This document shows, in pieces, positions 36,331 through 50,381 of a DNA stretch of 64,000 nucleotides. Both the position numbers and the translations under genes were made by a program. Location: NCBI GenBank assembly GCA_951406725.2, contig OX597832.1, forward strand, positions 51,088,001 through 51,152,000, in the 5' to 3' direction. The notes below the pieces were generated by a model. It ran no database searches and was not told the origin of the DNA. It saw nothing but the letters and a program-made list of their open reading frames with translations. This DNA comes from Octopus vulgaris. Its lineage: Eukaryota. Positions within the stretch are counted from its first letter, which is position 1. Each line of letters starts with the position of its first letter.

Positions 36331-37589
36331 AATGAAATACACAATTTCAATAAATTTTGAAAATAAACTAGACGTTAGTCAAATAAATAGCTTTTCCATT
36401 ATCAAGTTGGTATAGGGAACATATATTAGTAAAAGATTCTTCCATAAAATTATAATGGAAGAATTTGATTTATAAATGAACACTTTAAAATAAACATTCG
36501 TATCATAGAAGCAGAGGCAGCTTCGGAATGAATTGCATTCAAAGGGTTATGACCCTGAACAGCACTGAAGACACTATTTTCGTTCCTTGCACTTCCATAG
36601 GGAGACACGTTAAATTTGCTTCAAACCTGCATCAGAAAGAACAAGGTTCTAACAGTTACTTTAAGGTTTACTCTCTTCAAAAATTCTTACCTACGGATTG
36701 GTGCAAGAGCATGGCTGCATGGTTAAGAAGTTTGCTTCTCAACCGTATGGTTCTAGGATCAATTCTACTGCACAGCACCTTGGATGTCTTCTACTATAGC
36801 CTCAGGTTCACCAAATCTTTGGAATGGATTAGTGGAATCTTGTATGCAGATGCTCACCATTTACATGTGTGTGTGTGTATGTTTTGATTCATGCAATACG
36901 ACTAGTTACAAATAACAATGTTGTGTCAAAGGTCAACTTAGTTACTCAATAAAAATAAGTACCAGATTGAAATAACTGCTGGGAGCAATGTGATCAACTA
37001 AAACCCTCGAAAGGGATGCCCCAGTATGACCACAGTCCAATGAATGAAACCAATAAAAGATTAAAATAGTTGATATATGTCTGATAAATTAATATATCTT
37101 GAATGCTATATCCTTAAAGAATTTATATTTTCTAAATTCTATATCAAAGTCTTTAACTTTTGAGATATCAGAGACAAAAGGCAACAAGCCAGCAGAATCG
37201 CTAGCATACCAGTCAAAATGCTTAGCGGTGTTTCGCTCGTCTACGTTCTGAGTTCAAATTCCACCAAGGCCAACTTTGCCTTTCATCCTTTTAAGGTCAA
37301 TAAAATAGCTACCAGTTGAGCACTGGGGTTGCTGGCATTGTGCCAAACTTTCAAATCATTATAACTATTATTAGGATTGGCAATTGTTAGAGCATCAAAG
37401 TGACTGCCTTGTCGTACGCCTTCAGCTCTGGATTTTCTGAGTTTAAATGCCACAGAGGTCAACTTCCTTTTTATCCCACCCCGCAGGAACAATAAAAATA
37501 CAGTACCAGTCATTGGAGTAACACCCTGCCATCAAAATTGTTGGCCTCATGCCTTAATCAGAAACCATTATTGTTATCCTTTTGACCAG

Positions 37590-37815
37590 GCTCCCGTGGC
37601 TTTTATGGGTTTTTCCACGAGTAACCTTTCGAAGTGCCTCCCCCTATTGGGAGTTTTAATCGTTACTTATATTTCGTTGTTATCCTGCTTTTGTACACGG
37701 ACTTTTTCAAACGGACAAAACCCTTTGTAACTTTCATCCTGTGTTTTGTCCCTTTATGTTTTAATTGATTTTTGTTAGCCCTTGTGGCCAATAAACGAAT
37801 TAGTTATTATTATCA
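37590..37815 (+). mobile_element. Probable LINE 3' UTR fragment
   Basis: T-rich segment ending 'agcccttgtggccaataaacgaattagttattattat', similar to the SINE B tail. Confidence 0.45.
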
Positions 37816-40800
37816 TCAAATGCTTTGAAAGAAGACTGCCAATGGATCAAGTGGCTAGGGCGTCAGCCTACAAGCCAAAAGACTGATGGTTCATACCTGA
37901 CCTGTACAATATACCACATACATCACTAAAACTCTTAACACTAACTCAGAATACCGTGTGGAGAATCAGTTTGTTGCTACAAGTAGTGAACTGAAGATCT
38001 ATATGAGCTACAGTCATGCTAGTGTAGAGGGGAAATTAATATCTATCTATACACATTCATGTATATGCATGCAAATGCAAATGAGAATATAAGTATGTGT
38101 ACACACTCTAACTCAATATTAACCTTTTAATATCAGTTGGCAAACCCTTTACAACCATACACATTGAAATAAAAGATTAATTATATAACTTAGAAATAAC
38201 CAAATTATATGAATTGAAGCTAAAACAAAAAGCTTGATTACCTAAATACATCTTCATAAATGAACAGTTATATAGCTGAGTTCATTCAGGAACGATTTTT
38301 GCACCTTAACTATAATGAATATCATTAGCTGAAATTTTCATTTCTAATTAGTTTTGCAACAAGTAAAAAGGGAAAACGCCAGGTAAGTAAGAGCTCAGTC
38401 AACAGAATAATGAAATAAACACATTTTGTTGAAATTTGTAATAAATTTATGTATCTTTGTAAAGTTGTTCATAAACAAAAAAAAACTGATGGAGGGGACG
38501 GGATCTTGGAATGAATTTGTTATCCCCCAAGAAACAATGTTTGGTAACAAGGTTAGGAGCAACAGTTTCAGTTCCAGGGTATATGTTCCTGTAGATACAA
38601 CTTGTTTCAACAAACTTGCTTTCTTATTGATATAAATATAGAGAGACTGTAATATGTTATGACAGAGCATGCTGTGCCCAATGAGGAAATAGAAAAATAT
38701 AGAATCTTAAACAGGAAAATGTTCGGTTCGGGAAAGTTTGTGATAAAAGGATCATTGGGGAAAATCGTTGTTGAATTTATGCGTGTGATTTAGTTATGAT
38801 TAAAAATGTTGTTGAATGAAATTTAATACTGGAATCAGTATAGAAATATGTCAAAGAGGAACAGGTGAACTGAAGAGGCTAAAGCAATATGTTGTGAAAT
38901 TATGTTGTGTAAAAAAAATACACAAAACACAAGCCCAACAAAGTATTGAAGATTTTCATGAGCTGTTTGCTTTCTTTTTTTCTTCTTTTTGCATGTATGG
39001 GTGTTACAAGTGGATGTAAGAAACTGGGCTTCTATTTGAATTCATGCAGTGTGCGGCAGATCGAAATATTGGTTTCTGTTGATTTAGATATTGCTCGTTA
39101 GCAATAGCTATACAGATAATGAAGACAAGAGGAGAGAAAAAAACTGAAAGGTAACAGAGTTTTGTTCTGTTTTGTGTATATATTTTTGTGCGTGTATGTA
39201 TGCAGGGATCACTAACACAAAATAACGGTAATCAAAAAAGTCAATAGCAAAAAAGAGAGAATTTGTATTCAGTCTTTGTGATTAAATTGAATCTTGAAGG
39301 ATTTTTTCTTGCTTTTTTTTTCTGCTTTTTTTTTTTTTTGCTTTGAATGGTTGAAAATAAAATAGAATGAAGAAAGTCACAAGCCAATGGATAACAGAAG
39401 ATATGGAAATTATATGAATGAAAAAAATGTCACACCACAAGACAATGAAAATAAAATGTCATCATTATCACATTGGCTCATGTTTCATAATTCATGTGGA
39501 CAGGCTTTTCCCTACCCATGTTCAATCTTAGTTTCCACGTATTACAAACTTCTCTGCATCTGATATCTATTTCTCCTTTGCAAAGTGTTCATTGTCCTAT
39601 CTCAGTTATTTAACAAACTCATCCTTAGAGGATTGAGTAAAAGTGCATCCAAGAAAAAGCTGTAAAGAGTTTATAGCAATCCCACACAGTAACTGGATGT
39701 AGTGGAACTCTTAATTATTGAAGAGAAACAATTTTCTTTTTATGAAATGAAGAGAATTAATAAATCAGTAAGAAAGATGTAATAAGTTGTGATTTCTTTG
39801 GTAAATAATTTTTCTTATGTTCCATCAATGTTTTTCCTTTTTTTTTCTTTTCATTTTTGGTATCACATAAGCATGTGTATCAATCATTCAAAGTTTTCTG
39901 AATGTTTTGTATTGTTGAATTAAAACTAAATATTTAAATTGTAAAAGAGGAAGCTATAGCCACAAGAAGCACTTGTTCTTTGCGTTTGTGGTTTGTTAAA
40001 TGTTATTTTGGTTCTTTAGAAAATGTTCATCTATAGATGTCAGAAATGTAATCACATAAATGGAATGTATACTAACAAGTCTAAAAAAGTTAATGTGAAG
40101 ATATATTATCTTGTTTAACAGTTAATATAATGATGAAACCATATGAAAAAAAAAGGAAAACAATCTGTTTTAAAGAAAAGTAATGATATGATTGATGTTT
40201 TGTTTAATGATTAGAATAAATAAAAGCATGATTTAGAAATGTTCATAGCCCTAAAATTTTTCTTCAGAAACAAAATTTTATTTGTGTGGAGTTATTTTGA
40301 AGCCAAAGAACTTCAAAATAGTTTATCCAGGATTTGTGAATATTTTGATTTTAAATACTAAAATGCAGTTTTTTTATAGAAAGGACTAAGAAGACAATTA
40401 TATATCCAGAAACCCAAATTGTTTTCAAGGCAAGAAATTATTTAAAAGTGACTAAAAGGCAAATTTAACTTTCACTAAGATGAAAGCTCTGAATTGTGAA
40501 TAATGAAGAGCAGATTTTAAATGTTTTTCTCTTAAAAATTTATGAATGGTTCCCTGACCCATCAAGTCTTGAATTGTGAGGAAGGAAAAAAAAATGTAAA
40601 AATAAACTTTGGAGGGTAAACAGAATATATGTTGATATGTTCAGCTCAGAAATGTTTATGGAAATCGTCAGATGCAACTCAGGTCAGTCAACAAATACTG
40701 AGTAAAGAATGTTTAAATAGATGAAATCAGAGAAAGAGAAGAAAGAGAGTGTGAGAGAGAGAGAGAGAGAGAAAAAGAGAGTCAGTTGAAGCCGCTGCTG

Positions 40801-41119
40801 TCAGTGCCACAGCCAAATATCTGGTCCACTTTACTGAAAGGCAACACGTGCAAAGATTTGAGTCAGTTAGGTAACATAGCTGCACAAGTTGAAGGAGTGG
40901 AAGTGGCAAGTAGTGAGCAACATCATCATCGTCATCATCACCATCATCATCATCCTCTTCATGAGATGTTTTCCCCAGGATTTTGTAACTGTCACTTCAA
41001 GAGAAGTTTTTTTGTGGTTTTTTTGATTATTTTTTTTTTTTAGTGTGGTGTTTATATTTAACCTTTCTGTCTCAAGACAAGACCAAGGGACAGAGCTGGC
41101 TTTCTTCAAAATAGCTTAC

Positions 41120-41343
41120 CTTCGGACCACTCCTCTGGTTCTTCACTATCTATTTCACTTTCAGGATCCACAGGTTTCTTAACAACTACAGTGGACTTGA
41201 TTTTGCCTTCCTTCTCATGCTTTATTTTGCTGTGGCTTCTTTTTTCTGTGGAAGAGTTTTCTGTCTTTCTCTTGCGGTCACTGCCCTTGTCTCGATGGCT
41301 TTTTAATTTCAGCTTGATATCATCAGTATTATCACTTTCATGT
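41120..41343 (-). CDS. ZC3H13: ZC3H13-like exon (HESDNTDDIKLKLK...EEPEEWSE)
   Basis: Acceptor cttcacag, donor G|gtaag. Phase 2 to 1, matching both neighbours. The acidic 'EE.EEW' stretch precedes the coiled coil as in ZC3H13. Confidence 0.88.
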
Positions 41344-41510
41344 CTGTGAAGAAAGAGAAAATACACAAATATATAACAACTGACAAGAATTGACGCCAAT
41401 TAAAATTCTAAAAATTCTTTTTCATATAAACTGCAAATAATAGTTTTGGTATAAAAGATGAGCTACAGCAAATATTCTGCTCAGTTGCCCCAATGCAGTA
41501 CCAGGCCTTA

Positions 41511-41898
41511 GTGGAGACGCAATGGCCCAGTGGTTAGGGCAGCGGACTCGCAGTCATAGGATCGCGGTTTCAATTCCCAGACTGGGCGTTGTGAGTGTTT
41601 ATTGAGCGAAAACACCTAAAAGCTCCACGAGGCTCCGGCAGGGGATGGTGGTGATCCCTGCTGTACTCTTTCACCACAACTTTCTCTCACTCTTACTTCC
41701 TGTTTCTGTTGTACCTGTATTTCAAGGGGCCAGCCTTGTCACTCTCTGTGTCACGCTGAATATCCCCGAGAACTACGTTAAGGGTGCCCGTGTCTGTGGA
41801 GTGCTCAGCCACTTACACGTTAATTTCACGAGCAGGCTGTTCCGTTGATTCGGATCAACTGGAACCCTCATTGTTGTTACCGACGGAGTGCTTCCACC
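41511..41898 (+). mobile_element. tRNA-derived SINE family D, full length
   Basis: A box tggcccagtgg, B box ggtttcaattcc. 11-bp TSD accaggcctta at 41500-41510 and 41899-41909. Confidence 0.87.
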
Positions 41899-41939
41899 AC
41901 CAGGCCTTAACAGATTGGAAGTGTTATCATGTACATGTA

Positions 41940-42418
41940 TTGTCTTAGTATAAAAGATAGGCTACAGCAAATATTCTGATCAATACCAGAGATTTGCTCA
42001 TCAGTTGCATGACCATAATCTGTTGGGCATGTCCCTTAGTAGCTGATATGTGCATCTCTGATCACGAGCAGAAGTAGTGGGGGAGCAGCATAGCCATGTG
42101 TTGAGAGGAATTCTTTGGGATTTGAATAATTCACCTCTGAAAACATGGGTGTTTTGTTTATCATCCTTAAACAAACCTTATTTGGGGATCTTTTGGGCAT
42201 AATGGGCTACTCGACCTGAAGAAAATTCTAACTGGGCCCCACCTATGAGGTCATGCACAGTTTACTTTGATATGAGATCACTATGTCACATGAATATGGT
42301 TGTGATACATGTACCCTTATCAGATGGATAGTCATGATGGGTATATTGGGCTTCATGTATTTGTACCCCGTGTCACTTTGATGGCAAGTGCTGCTCTCAC
42401 AATAATAATAATAATAAT
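41940..42418 (+). mobile_element. Retroelement 3' fragment with (AAT)n tail
   Basis: Shares 'gcaaatattctgctcaataccacagatttgc' with 41447-41483 and 51410-51570. Ends in aataataat. Confidence 0.55.
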
Positions 42419-43724
42419 GAACTTATGGTACACAGTGCTCAGGTACGCTACAACTTATCAGAAAAAGTAACTGCATGAACAGTACATAGAATACATGTTA
42501 TATGTAAGTAAGTAAAAGGTCAAGGGAAAAAAAAATGAATAAAAAAATTTTTTAAAGGCAAATGTTTACACTAAAACTTAGAACGGTACTCTACTATAGC
42601 TAGAATCAGATGAAAACTCTAAAGAATTAAAAAATTTTTAAATGGTCAAAATTCTCCACTTTAAAAGGTCAGAAAATATATTAATCATAACTGTTTATCT
42701 CATGTCTCATAAAGGCTGATTAAAGAATGAAACAATTGGGTACAGTTGTTTGGAAGATGACAAGTCAGTATGGTTGATTGGACATATAGCTGGAGACAAG
42801 CAAACACACACACACACACACCTAAATGCAGAAATATACACAAACAAATAGAGTGAGATAGAGAGAGAGAGAGATAATAATTTATCAACTGAACACAATT
42901 GGCATAAGCACTTTCCTTCTCCTCATACACACGGAGAAAGAGAGGGAAGGAGGAGAGATCAAGAGAAACATTAAAATGTTTGATGTCAAAGAAGACAGTG
43001 GCAAATCACCAATGCCAAAACCTCTGTGCTGGCACACACCCTGTTGAGTGTGGACAATAACAAACGTTAAACAAGACTTTTTAGCCCTTTCAATACCAAC
43101 CCACCTGAGATCGTCCCTTGGTCCACTTTTTAAAGTGATCTAAATGAAAACATTCTATCAAAACTTCATACTAACTTATACTCCAAACTCCAGCTTCACA
43201 ATGACAAAATCATTTTAGTAAATTCTGCGTTACTTTCAAAATTAAACAAAAATAAAAACAGTGTATTTCAACAGGAATATGGTAATAAAAGGGTTAAATA
43301 TAAACTTCAATATTTCTCTCGAGTTTTTGACCCAATGTCACTTCAATGTTTTCAAATCCTAATGTGATCACTCACTCCAAATCTCCCTTGGCCCGTATGT
43401 ACCAAAGAGTATTTTACACACTGCTAACCTATAATACTTTACACTCAATGCATCTATATTTCATGTATATAACAGTGCAACTGTCGCTTCTGCACAAATA
43501 ACTAATGCCTTTGTTGCACATCTGCTTTATCAATTCCCTAATGCTTACTTTTTGTAAAAAGCAACATTTTACACCCCAACAACCTATCAGCCATATTTAG
43601 TTTATTTCTTTCCAACTATTGCAAACTCAAATTCATTGATTTCACAGCCAGAAAGCATCACACTATTTTGTAGTGAATCATAAAATACATTTTTCTTTTG
43701 TATTTCTTATGAAACATTTAATAC

Positions 43725-43939
43725 TTGCAGCGTGGAAAGTGTTTATAAGCAATTTAAGAAACATAAAAAAACCGTTAGATTCACTTCAACATTTAAATGC
43801 AGCACGAAGTTTTGTCAGTGAATAGGTTGCGGTCTCAAAGTGATGAAAATATTTTGACAAATTAAATTTAAATGTTGAAGTGAATCGAACGGTTTTTGTG
43901 TGTTTCTTAAATGGCTTATAAACACCTTCCACGCTGCAA
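43725..43939. mobile_element. Fold-back/MITE with arms of about 73 bp
   Basis: ttgcagcgtggaaagtgtttataagc...cttcaacatttaaat / atttaaatgttgaag...aaacaccttccacgctgcaa. Confidence 0.78.
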
Positions 43940-44691
43940 TTGTTTTCATTCCAGCACACGATCTCAGATCAAGTCACTCGCTATGCAAGTACATCTCCGT
44001 AATTTAATACATTTTAGATGGTGTAAAGTCCACATAGGTAGTGCTAAAGGTTCACAGTCTGAGAGAACAACTTTTCTTTGCTATGTACTTGTCATCCTTT
44101 CTACTTTGAAAGTTGTTAACAAGTATGGAAGGAAATCAAAGTTATCTATCTGTAATAATCTGCTGTGGTACAATTATAAAGGAATTGCTTTAACAAATCT
44201 TAATATGCTGTACTACATACATATATTTATATCTGAGAAAATTGCCTATGGCTGGATGAGCCCACAGTCCCAGTGAATAAAATACTGTACAATCACCATG
44301 CTAGATTCTACAAAATATATATAAATATGTATAAGTAATATACACATCACAACTGAACATATTTATTTATCAGTCAATTGTCTAAGAAATAATATATGTA
44401 TATTGTGTCTATAACTGATTTTGATTTTGTCCCATAGTTTATATGAATAACAAGAATGTTGTGTCAGATTTCATTCCGTAGTTAGGAAAGCATAAGTTTA
44501 AAGCTTTACATATGCAGACCATAGCAAAATAATATTTCTCTAATCACTGCTATCTTCAGCTCTATTTTCACTATTAATTATATCACCAAGCTAGCAAAAC
44601 AAGCAACTGTTACTCTTGTTATGCAAGTCTAATCTACAACAATGAAACACAAACATTAGAAAAATATTGACAACATATGCTGACCAATATC

Positions 44692-44900
44692 TTAACCCTT
44701 TAGTATTTTAACCAACCATATTTGACCAAAACATTTTGTCTTATGTTCAGATTTAGCCTTTCACACCTACCCCACAGTGTCATTCTAAAAGTAAACAATC
44801 ACATCATTGAAATGTTGAAGCTATGACATAATGCATGATTAATTCAAAACGGTGTGAATAAATAAGCATTGCTTTTGGCAGTCTGAATGCTATAGGGTTA
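44692..44900. mobile_element. TTAA-CCC MITE
   Basis: ttaacccttttagtatt ... gaatgctatagggtta. Same family as 22036, opposite orientation. Confidence 0.7.
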
Positions 44901-46424
44901 CGCTAAGAGCAGGGATGCCTGACTGGACAGACTACTGGATGACCAGTCAAGAGGTTGATAGTTTACACTGTCCCTAGCACTGCATGCATTATATCTCTGG
45001 TCATAACATTTAATTCTCAACAGTCAAGTAAGTCTATTTAGCACTAAGCAGGCACTGCAGAGTAGTATAATTTCACTGTTGTTCACAGTAGATATATTGA
45101 AAAACTAATGTACAAAACATTGGCTTGCAGTGCCAGTGGCACTAAAGAAAATAGAACCCAGTATACATTATGAAGTGGTTGGTATTAGGAAGAGCATCTA
45201 CTTGTAGAAATCATGCCAAAACTGACACTGGAGCTTGGCACAGCCCTACGGTTTGTTGAATCTGGGTCAGGCGGTCAAACTTATGCCAGCATGGAAAATG
45301 GATGTTAGATGATGATGATGAACTCCGAATTCCTCTTCTGGGAAATACTACCTACAACATGACTGACATTAAATCATAAGGCTTTATTTGATATCCATTC
45401 CAGAACACAGAAAATATAGCTAAATATGCCCACAATATATGACAGGGTGTCCACAAAGAGACAAACCACTATTGACCCTTTTGTTATCATATTACTGATG
45501 GAATACTTATTTTTGTTTCCATTCATTTTCAAAATAATGAAGAATTTAGTAAAATAACCTCATCATTAAGCTGATGTTTAAAATATAATTTCACATGAAA
45601 TTTTGATAGATTTTCATTTACATCATTTTAAAACAGGAAATTAGCATCAGAGAACTAAAGGTGAATTCATGCAGGTTGGTACCAAAAAGGTTAATATACT
45701 TTTACTCATGGAAGCTTTTAGTGTGGGGATCTCTATTAACTTTACTTTCAAGGGGGTTTCGACTGATTGTGCGAGTGTGGTTTTATAGCATGCTTCCCAT
45801 TTAGTTGGATGAGAGCTTCTAATGATCAAATTTTTATGGGCATGTGCCTGCAAGCAAAGAAGTTGACAGTTCATCCCTGATTTAAAACATTTAAATTTTT
45901 CCACCTCTGTTTATTTGATAAGATATGCCATATGCAGGGCATAGTCCAGCAATACAATCTAACCCTTTTGTTACTGTATTTCTACAGGTAGTTCTTTTCA
46001 TTTTGAAAAACAATCAAAGAATAGTCGCATTTAATAAAATAAATTTTACATTTATTTCTGTATTAATCTGATGTTTAAAATGAAGCTTAACAAAAAAGTT
46101 GTTGCGTAAAAATTACAATGGAAGGTTTTAAATTTAAATACGAACATTTTTAAATGGCAATTTTCCTTTCTATCAAATAAATCAGCAGCCTTAGGCAAGT
46201 TGGCATCAAAAGGCTTAATTTGAACAATGCATTTCTGAAATACGACTGAGCTCATGGAAAGTCATGAAACACTACCAATAACATTATATGGAACTGTAAA
46301 GGGAGCCACAAATACATTACATTTTAGAACATGGTTAGATCTTCAATAGAGCCTTTATTCTGAGAAAATTGTGACTAACAAAACCTTGGCAATTGGAAAA
46401 AACAAACTGATAGAAGGACTTATT

Positions 46425-49400
46425 TTTTTAAGCATTCGCTCGTTACAAGGTCCTTAGACCACCTGAAAACGTAAGAGCTACTAGATTTAAATGGACACTA
46501 GACAGAAGTCAATAGGTGACGATATACAACAGACTTAAAAGACTGGAGGTCATATCGAAGGGGTAAACAGGACTGTAGAAGGGAATTCTAAAGTTCAGAG
46601 GTGTGAGAGAAGAAACTGGTACTGTAAAGTGCTTTATGACACTTAGGAGGTTGCACAGTATATTGATGAGAACTGGATGCAAGTCTAGTAGATCGCTGAT
46701 AAGTTCTTAAACCAGAAGAGAGTTCAGCTGAATAATGTCCATGAAAATACTTATAAAAAAGAGACAAGGAAGCCACACAATGATGATAAGAGAGTGAATC
46801 TAATTTAGAAGATAGATCAGAACCCAAAACATTACAAATATGGCAGTGAATGCAGTCCAACAGAGTTAAACACCTGCCCATATGTGACACCAGTACTAAA
46901 TGCAGGGGCGAATGGTGGACTTATGTAAGTTCTCCAAGAAAAATCATTACAGAAAGTCACTCCTAGGAGAAGAGAGTGACTCTCGGGTAAGTCAATACCA
47001 TTCATTGAAACCGATGGCAAGAAAGAATGTCTAAAGTGATTAATTGAAAGAAGTTTAGTTTTCGATGGATTGAACGTTACAAGCCATTTCCTACCCCCGC
47101 TCAACAACAGATCAAGTATCATTCTCAAGGTTAGCAGCGATCTCAACCTTACCAGACAAGTTGACAGTTTGTCCAAACAAGAGTACAAAGTAGAGTCATT
47201 AGCATAGACCATGAGCTGACAGCTGATATGATCGGGCAGATCATTGATAAAAAGAAGAAAGAGAGTTGGCCACAGGACAGATTCTTGAGAAACCTCATAG
47301 AATAACTAGATGAAGATTGACCATCAAGAACAACCTTGATCCTATGGTCTTAAAGGTTAGAGAAGATGATGTTCAGCATGAAACCTGACACACCAAAGGA
47401 TTGGAGCTTCCATAGGAGTTCAGCATGCCAAACCTATGAAATACCTTAGAGATATCAAAAGCAACTGCCCTAGCTTGACCAGATACATTCAAGGCATGAT
47501 AAACACTCGGATATATCAGTAAGAAGATCAGCAGTAGACCGTCCAGTACAGAAACCATATTGAGAGTCGGAGAATAAACAATTTGAGTCAAGATATTTTA
47601 CAAGAGAGACATTAATCAAGGACTCAAAAACCTTACTGAAGATTGGTAGTAGACTAATTGGTCTATAATTACGAGGATTAGATCAATTGCCACAGTTCTT
47701 AAAGAAAGGAAGAACAGTTGGGAATTTCTATAAACAAGGAAAACAAGATTCTGAGATCACTTTCGGAAGAGCCTAGATAAGACGGAAGACAATTCAGGAG
47801 AGCAATTCTGAAGAACAATGGACTGGAATACCATCAGGTCCAGTTGCTTTACATGGATCCAACCATGTCATAATGGCTGCAACCTTAGCAGAAGAAATAT
47901 GACAACTGTGTAACAGTTTATCAGTTTTGAGAAAAACATCAGGAAGTGGATGATAAGAGTCACTGAGAGGAGAGTGAGAACTAAACGGTTGAGCAAAGAC
48001 TTCTGTTTTATCATTAGATGTCAAGACCTCAGGCCCGTTGAATAAAGGAGGAATAGAAGACTTATTGTTATCTCTAGGACTTTTAATAATTCTCCAGAAG
48101 TTACGAGAGCCTACTTTTGGGATGATATATGATCATGAATGTGTTGCTCGTAGTCTGATTCAGCATCACGAATGACAGCCCTACAATGATTGCAAGCATA
48201 GGTAAAAAGCTGTTTATTCACTGCAGAATTATCTCGCTGAAACTGGAGGAAAAAATTATGATGGGCAACAGCAGCAGCACAAGTAGGTGAAAACCAGGAT
48301 GAGGAATGCAGTTTCAGCTGGTATTTGCGAGATGGTACGAAGGCGGCGAGCTGGCAGAATCGTTAGAATGCTGGGCGAAATGCGTAGCCGTATTTCGTCT
48401 GCCGTTATGTTCTGAGTTCAAATTCCGCCGAGGTCGACTTTGCCTTTCATCCTTTCGGGGTCGATAGATTAAGTACCAGTTACGCACTGGGGTCGATGTA
48501 ATCGACTAATCCGTTTGTCTGTCCTTGTTTGTCCCCTCTGTGTTTAGCCCCTTGTGGGTAGTAAAGAAATAGGTATGAAGGTGTTAATACCAGTAGGAAA
48601 TCCAAGTAGGAACTTCCTCAGCACAGGCCTCAACAGGTTTAGCAAAAATACTGGTCCAAGGAACGTCACAAAAATTGTCCCAGTCACCACGAACATAGCT
48701 GAATAGAGTACTATTAATTGGGGACTCCTTGGCATCAGAACAATTCAGTGAAACGTTAACTGAAACAACAACATGATCAGGTCACCCAAGCAGAAAATCA
48801 TGACAAACCTTACAGATATCAGGATTTGATGCCAAAAAGAGATCAAGGAGGAAGGAAGATTGGTCATCATGATCAGGAATGCAAGTAGGAAAGTCAACAA
48901 GTTGTGTGAGTGATTGAGAAAGTGCAAAAATGCCAGATGCACTAGTGTTATGAGAAAACTTAAGCCACTCTTCATAATGAATATTAAAATCACCAAAGAT
49001 GAATATATTCGCAGAGTTATGAAACAAGAGAGCCTTATTGATGCTGTCAGAAACAGACTGTATAGAAGAACACTTTAGAGAAGATGGAAAACGATAAGGA
49101 AAGAACAAGTAGCTAATTGAGTGCAGAAGAGGAAATCAAAACACATGAAAGACTGCAGAGCATCCTCAAGATCTTCCTCACAAATGATGGGAAGATTGAC
49201 ACGAGCAAAGACGCCCAAGCCATGCATACAATTGCGAGAGTCCTTCCGGTAGAGAGGAAGATAACCAGGAACGACAAAATCATTTGAAATGTCAGGACTG
49301 AGATTTGTCTCATTCAAAGCAAGGATGTCAGGAGAGTTCTGAGCAAGAAAAGAGTCGACATCCGTAAGATTAGAACGGAGACTACATATATTGGAGAATG

Positions 49401-49980
49401 CAATAGTAAAAGGAGCTGAGTCTGGTTTGTGATTTTCTTTACTGGGGACCACCATGATTGAATTGATTTAAGAAAAAAAAAAAGGAGTAGCCAGGGATGA
49501 TTTCCACCTTAACTAAGCAAGTAATCAGTTTCCCTATAATATTCCAGCAGACGATGTATTGCTTTGGGAAAGCCCACCGGATGCAGCTGCAGGGACCACC
49601 CCCATCCATGTATAACATGGCACTACAGATACACCAATATTATACAACTGCTGATAGAGCAACCTTTCCATGAGCCACCAGAGATTTTGGGCTCCTGACT
49701 ACCAGAAAACTACACAATCCAGTACCCTCACCAAGATCAACAAGAACAGAGAAATATGAAGACCAAATGAACTGGATAATGGACCTCATCCGAGGCTAAG
49801 ACCAGCGTTCAAAGCCCTTACCAGAAAACAAGGCTAATAACTCAGCCTCTATTCAACCCAGTAAGCTAGGTAGGAGTGTGAAGCCAGGCGATAGGTAAAT
49901 CCAAAAAACTCCTAAGGTACTTTTATCAAGACACCATCTCTAGGAAGGTTACTAACCAAAGCAAAAGAGTACCATCCTAC
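46425..49980 (-). mobile_element. Degenerate near-full-length CR1/L2-group LINE (APE endonuclease plus RT), interrupted by a SINE
   Basis: Fragmented ORFs with APE motifs (SNICSLRSN, LALNET, IFGDFNIH, LLDLFL) at 49455-48780. RT motifs KATGPDGIP, AVAFDISK and VYANDSTLY (decayed YADD), then WLVTFNPSKTKLL and the C-terminal SFF..T..L. Many frameshifts. The 5' boundary is approximate. Confidence 0.9.
48344..48571 (+). mobile_element. SINE family B inserted into the LINE
   Basis: Near-consensus copy with TSD ggtacgaagg / ggtatgaagg. Confidence 0.9.
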
Positions 49981-50302
49981 CCTAACACAGTGTTGAATGG
50001 CCGTTGACGATTACAGTAGTTCGTCCGCCCTTTGACAGGTCTCATTTTTTGTCCCGCAGGGTGTCCAACAATTACCCTCCTCACCAAGCAACGCTATAAG
50101 GATTTAAACCTTGCAATGTTCACCTCACTTACAAGCCTTGGAAGAACATGAACATTATAAGTTACCTCCCTTATCTTAGAAATGACAGAGACTACTCTCG
50201 TGTCTCATTACAAGGAACATCTGAAATCACATTATAAAAAGATATACGAAAGGAGTGAGAAGCAGAGAGAGAAACTGAGGAGTAAGAAGAAAAATGGAAA
50301 GG

Positions 50303-50303
<1 letters not shown>

Positions 50304-50378
<75 letters not shown>
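50304..50378. repeat. (GA)n microsatellite about 40 nt downstream of the zinc-finger exon donor
   Basis: Long pure ga run; reads (CU)n in the pre-mRNA. Confidence 0.95.

Positions 50379-50381
<3 letters not shown>

Noticed and set aside
40786-41043. ORF with a poly-His run
   Set aside because: The His run comes from a (CAT)n microsatellite, the start is non-ATG, and it lies next to a donor on the opposite strand.
41511-41585. tRNA-like sequence
   Set aside because: It is a SINE head followed by a SINE body within a TSD, with no intact cloverleaf.
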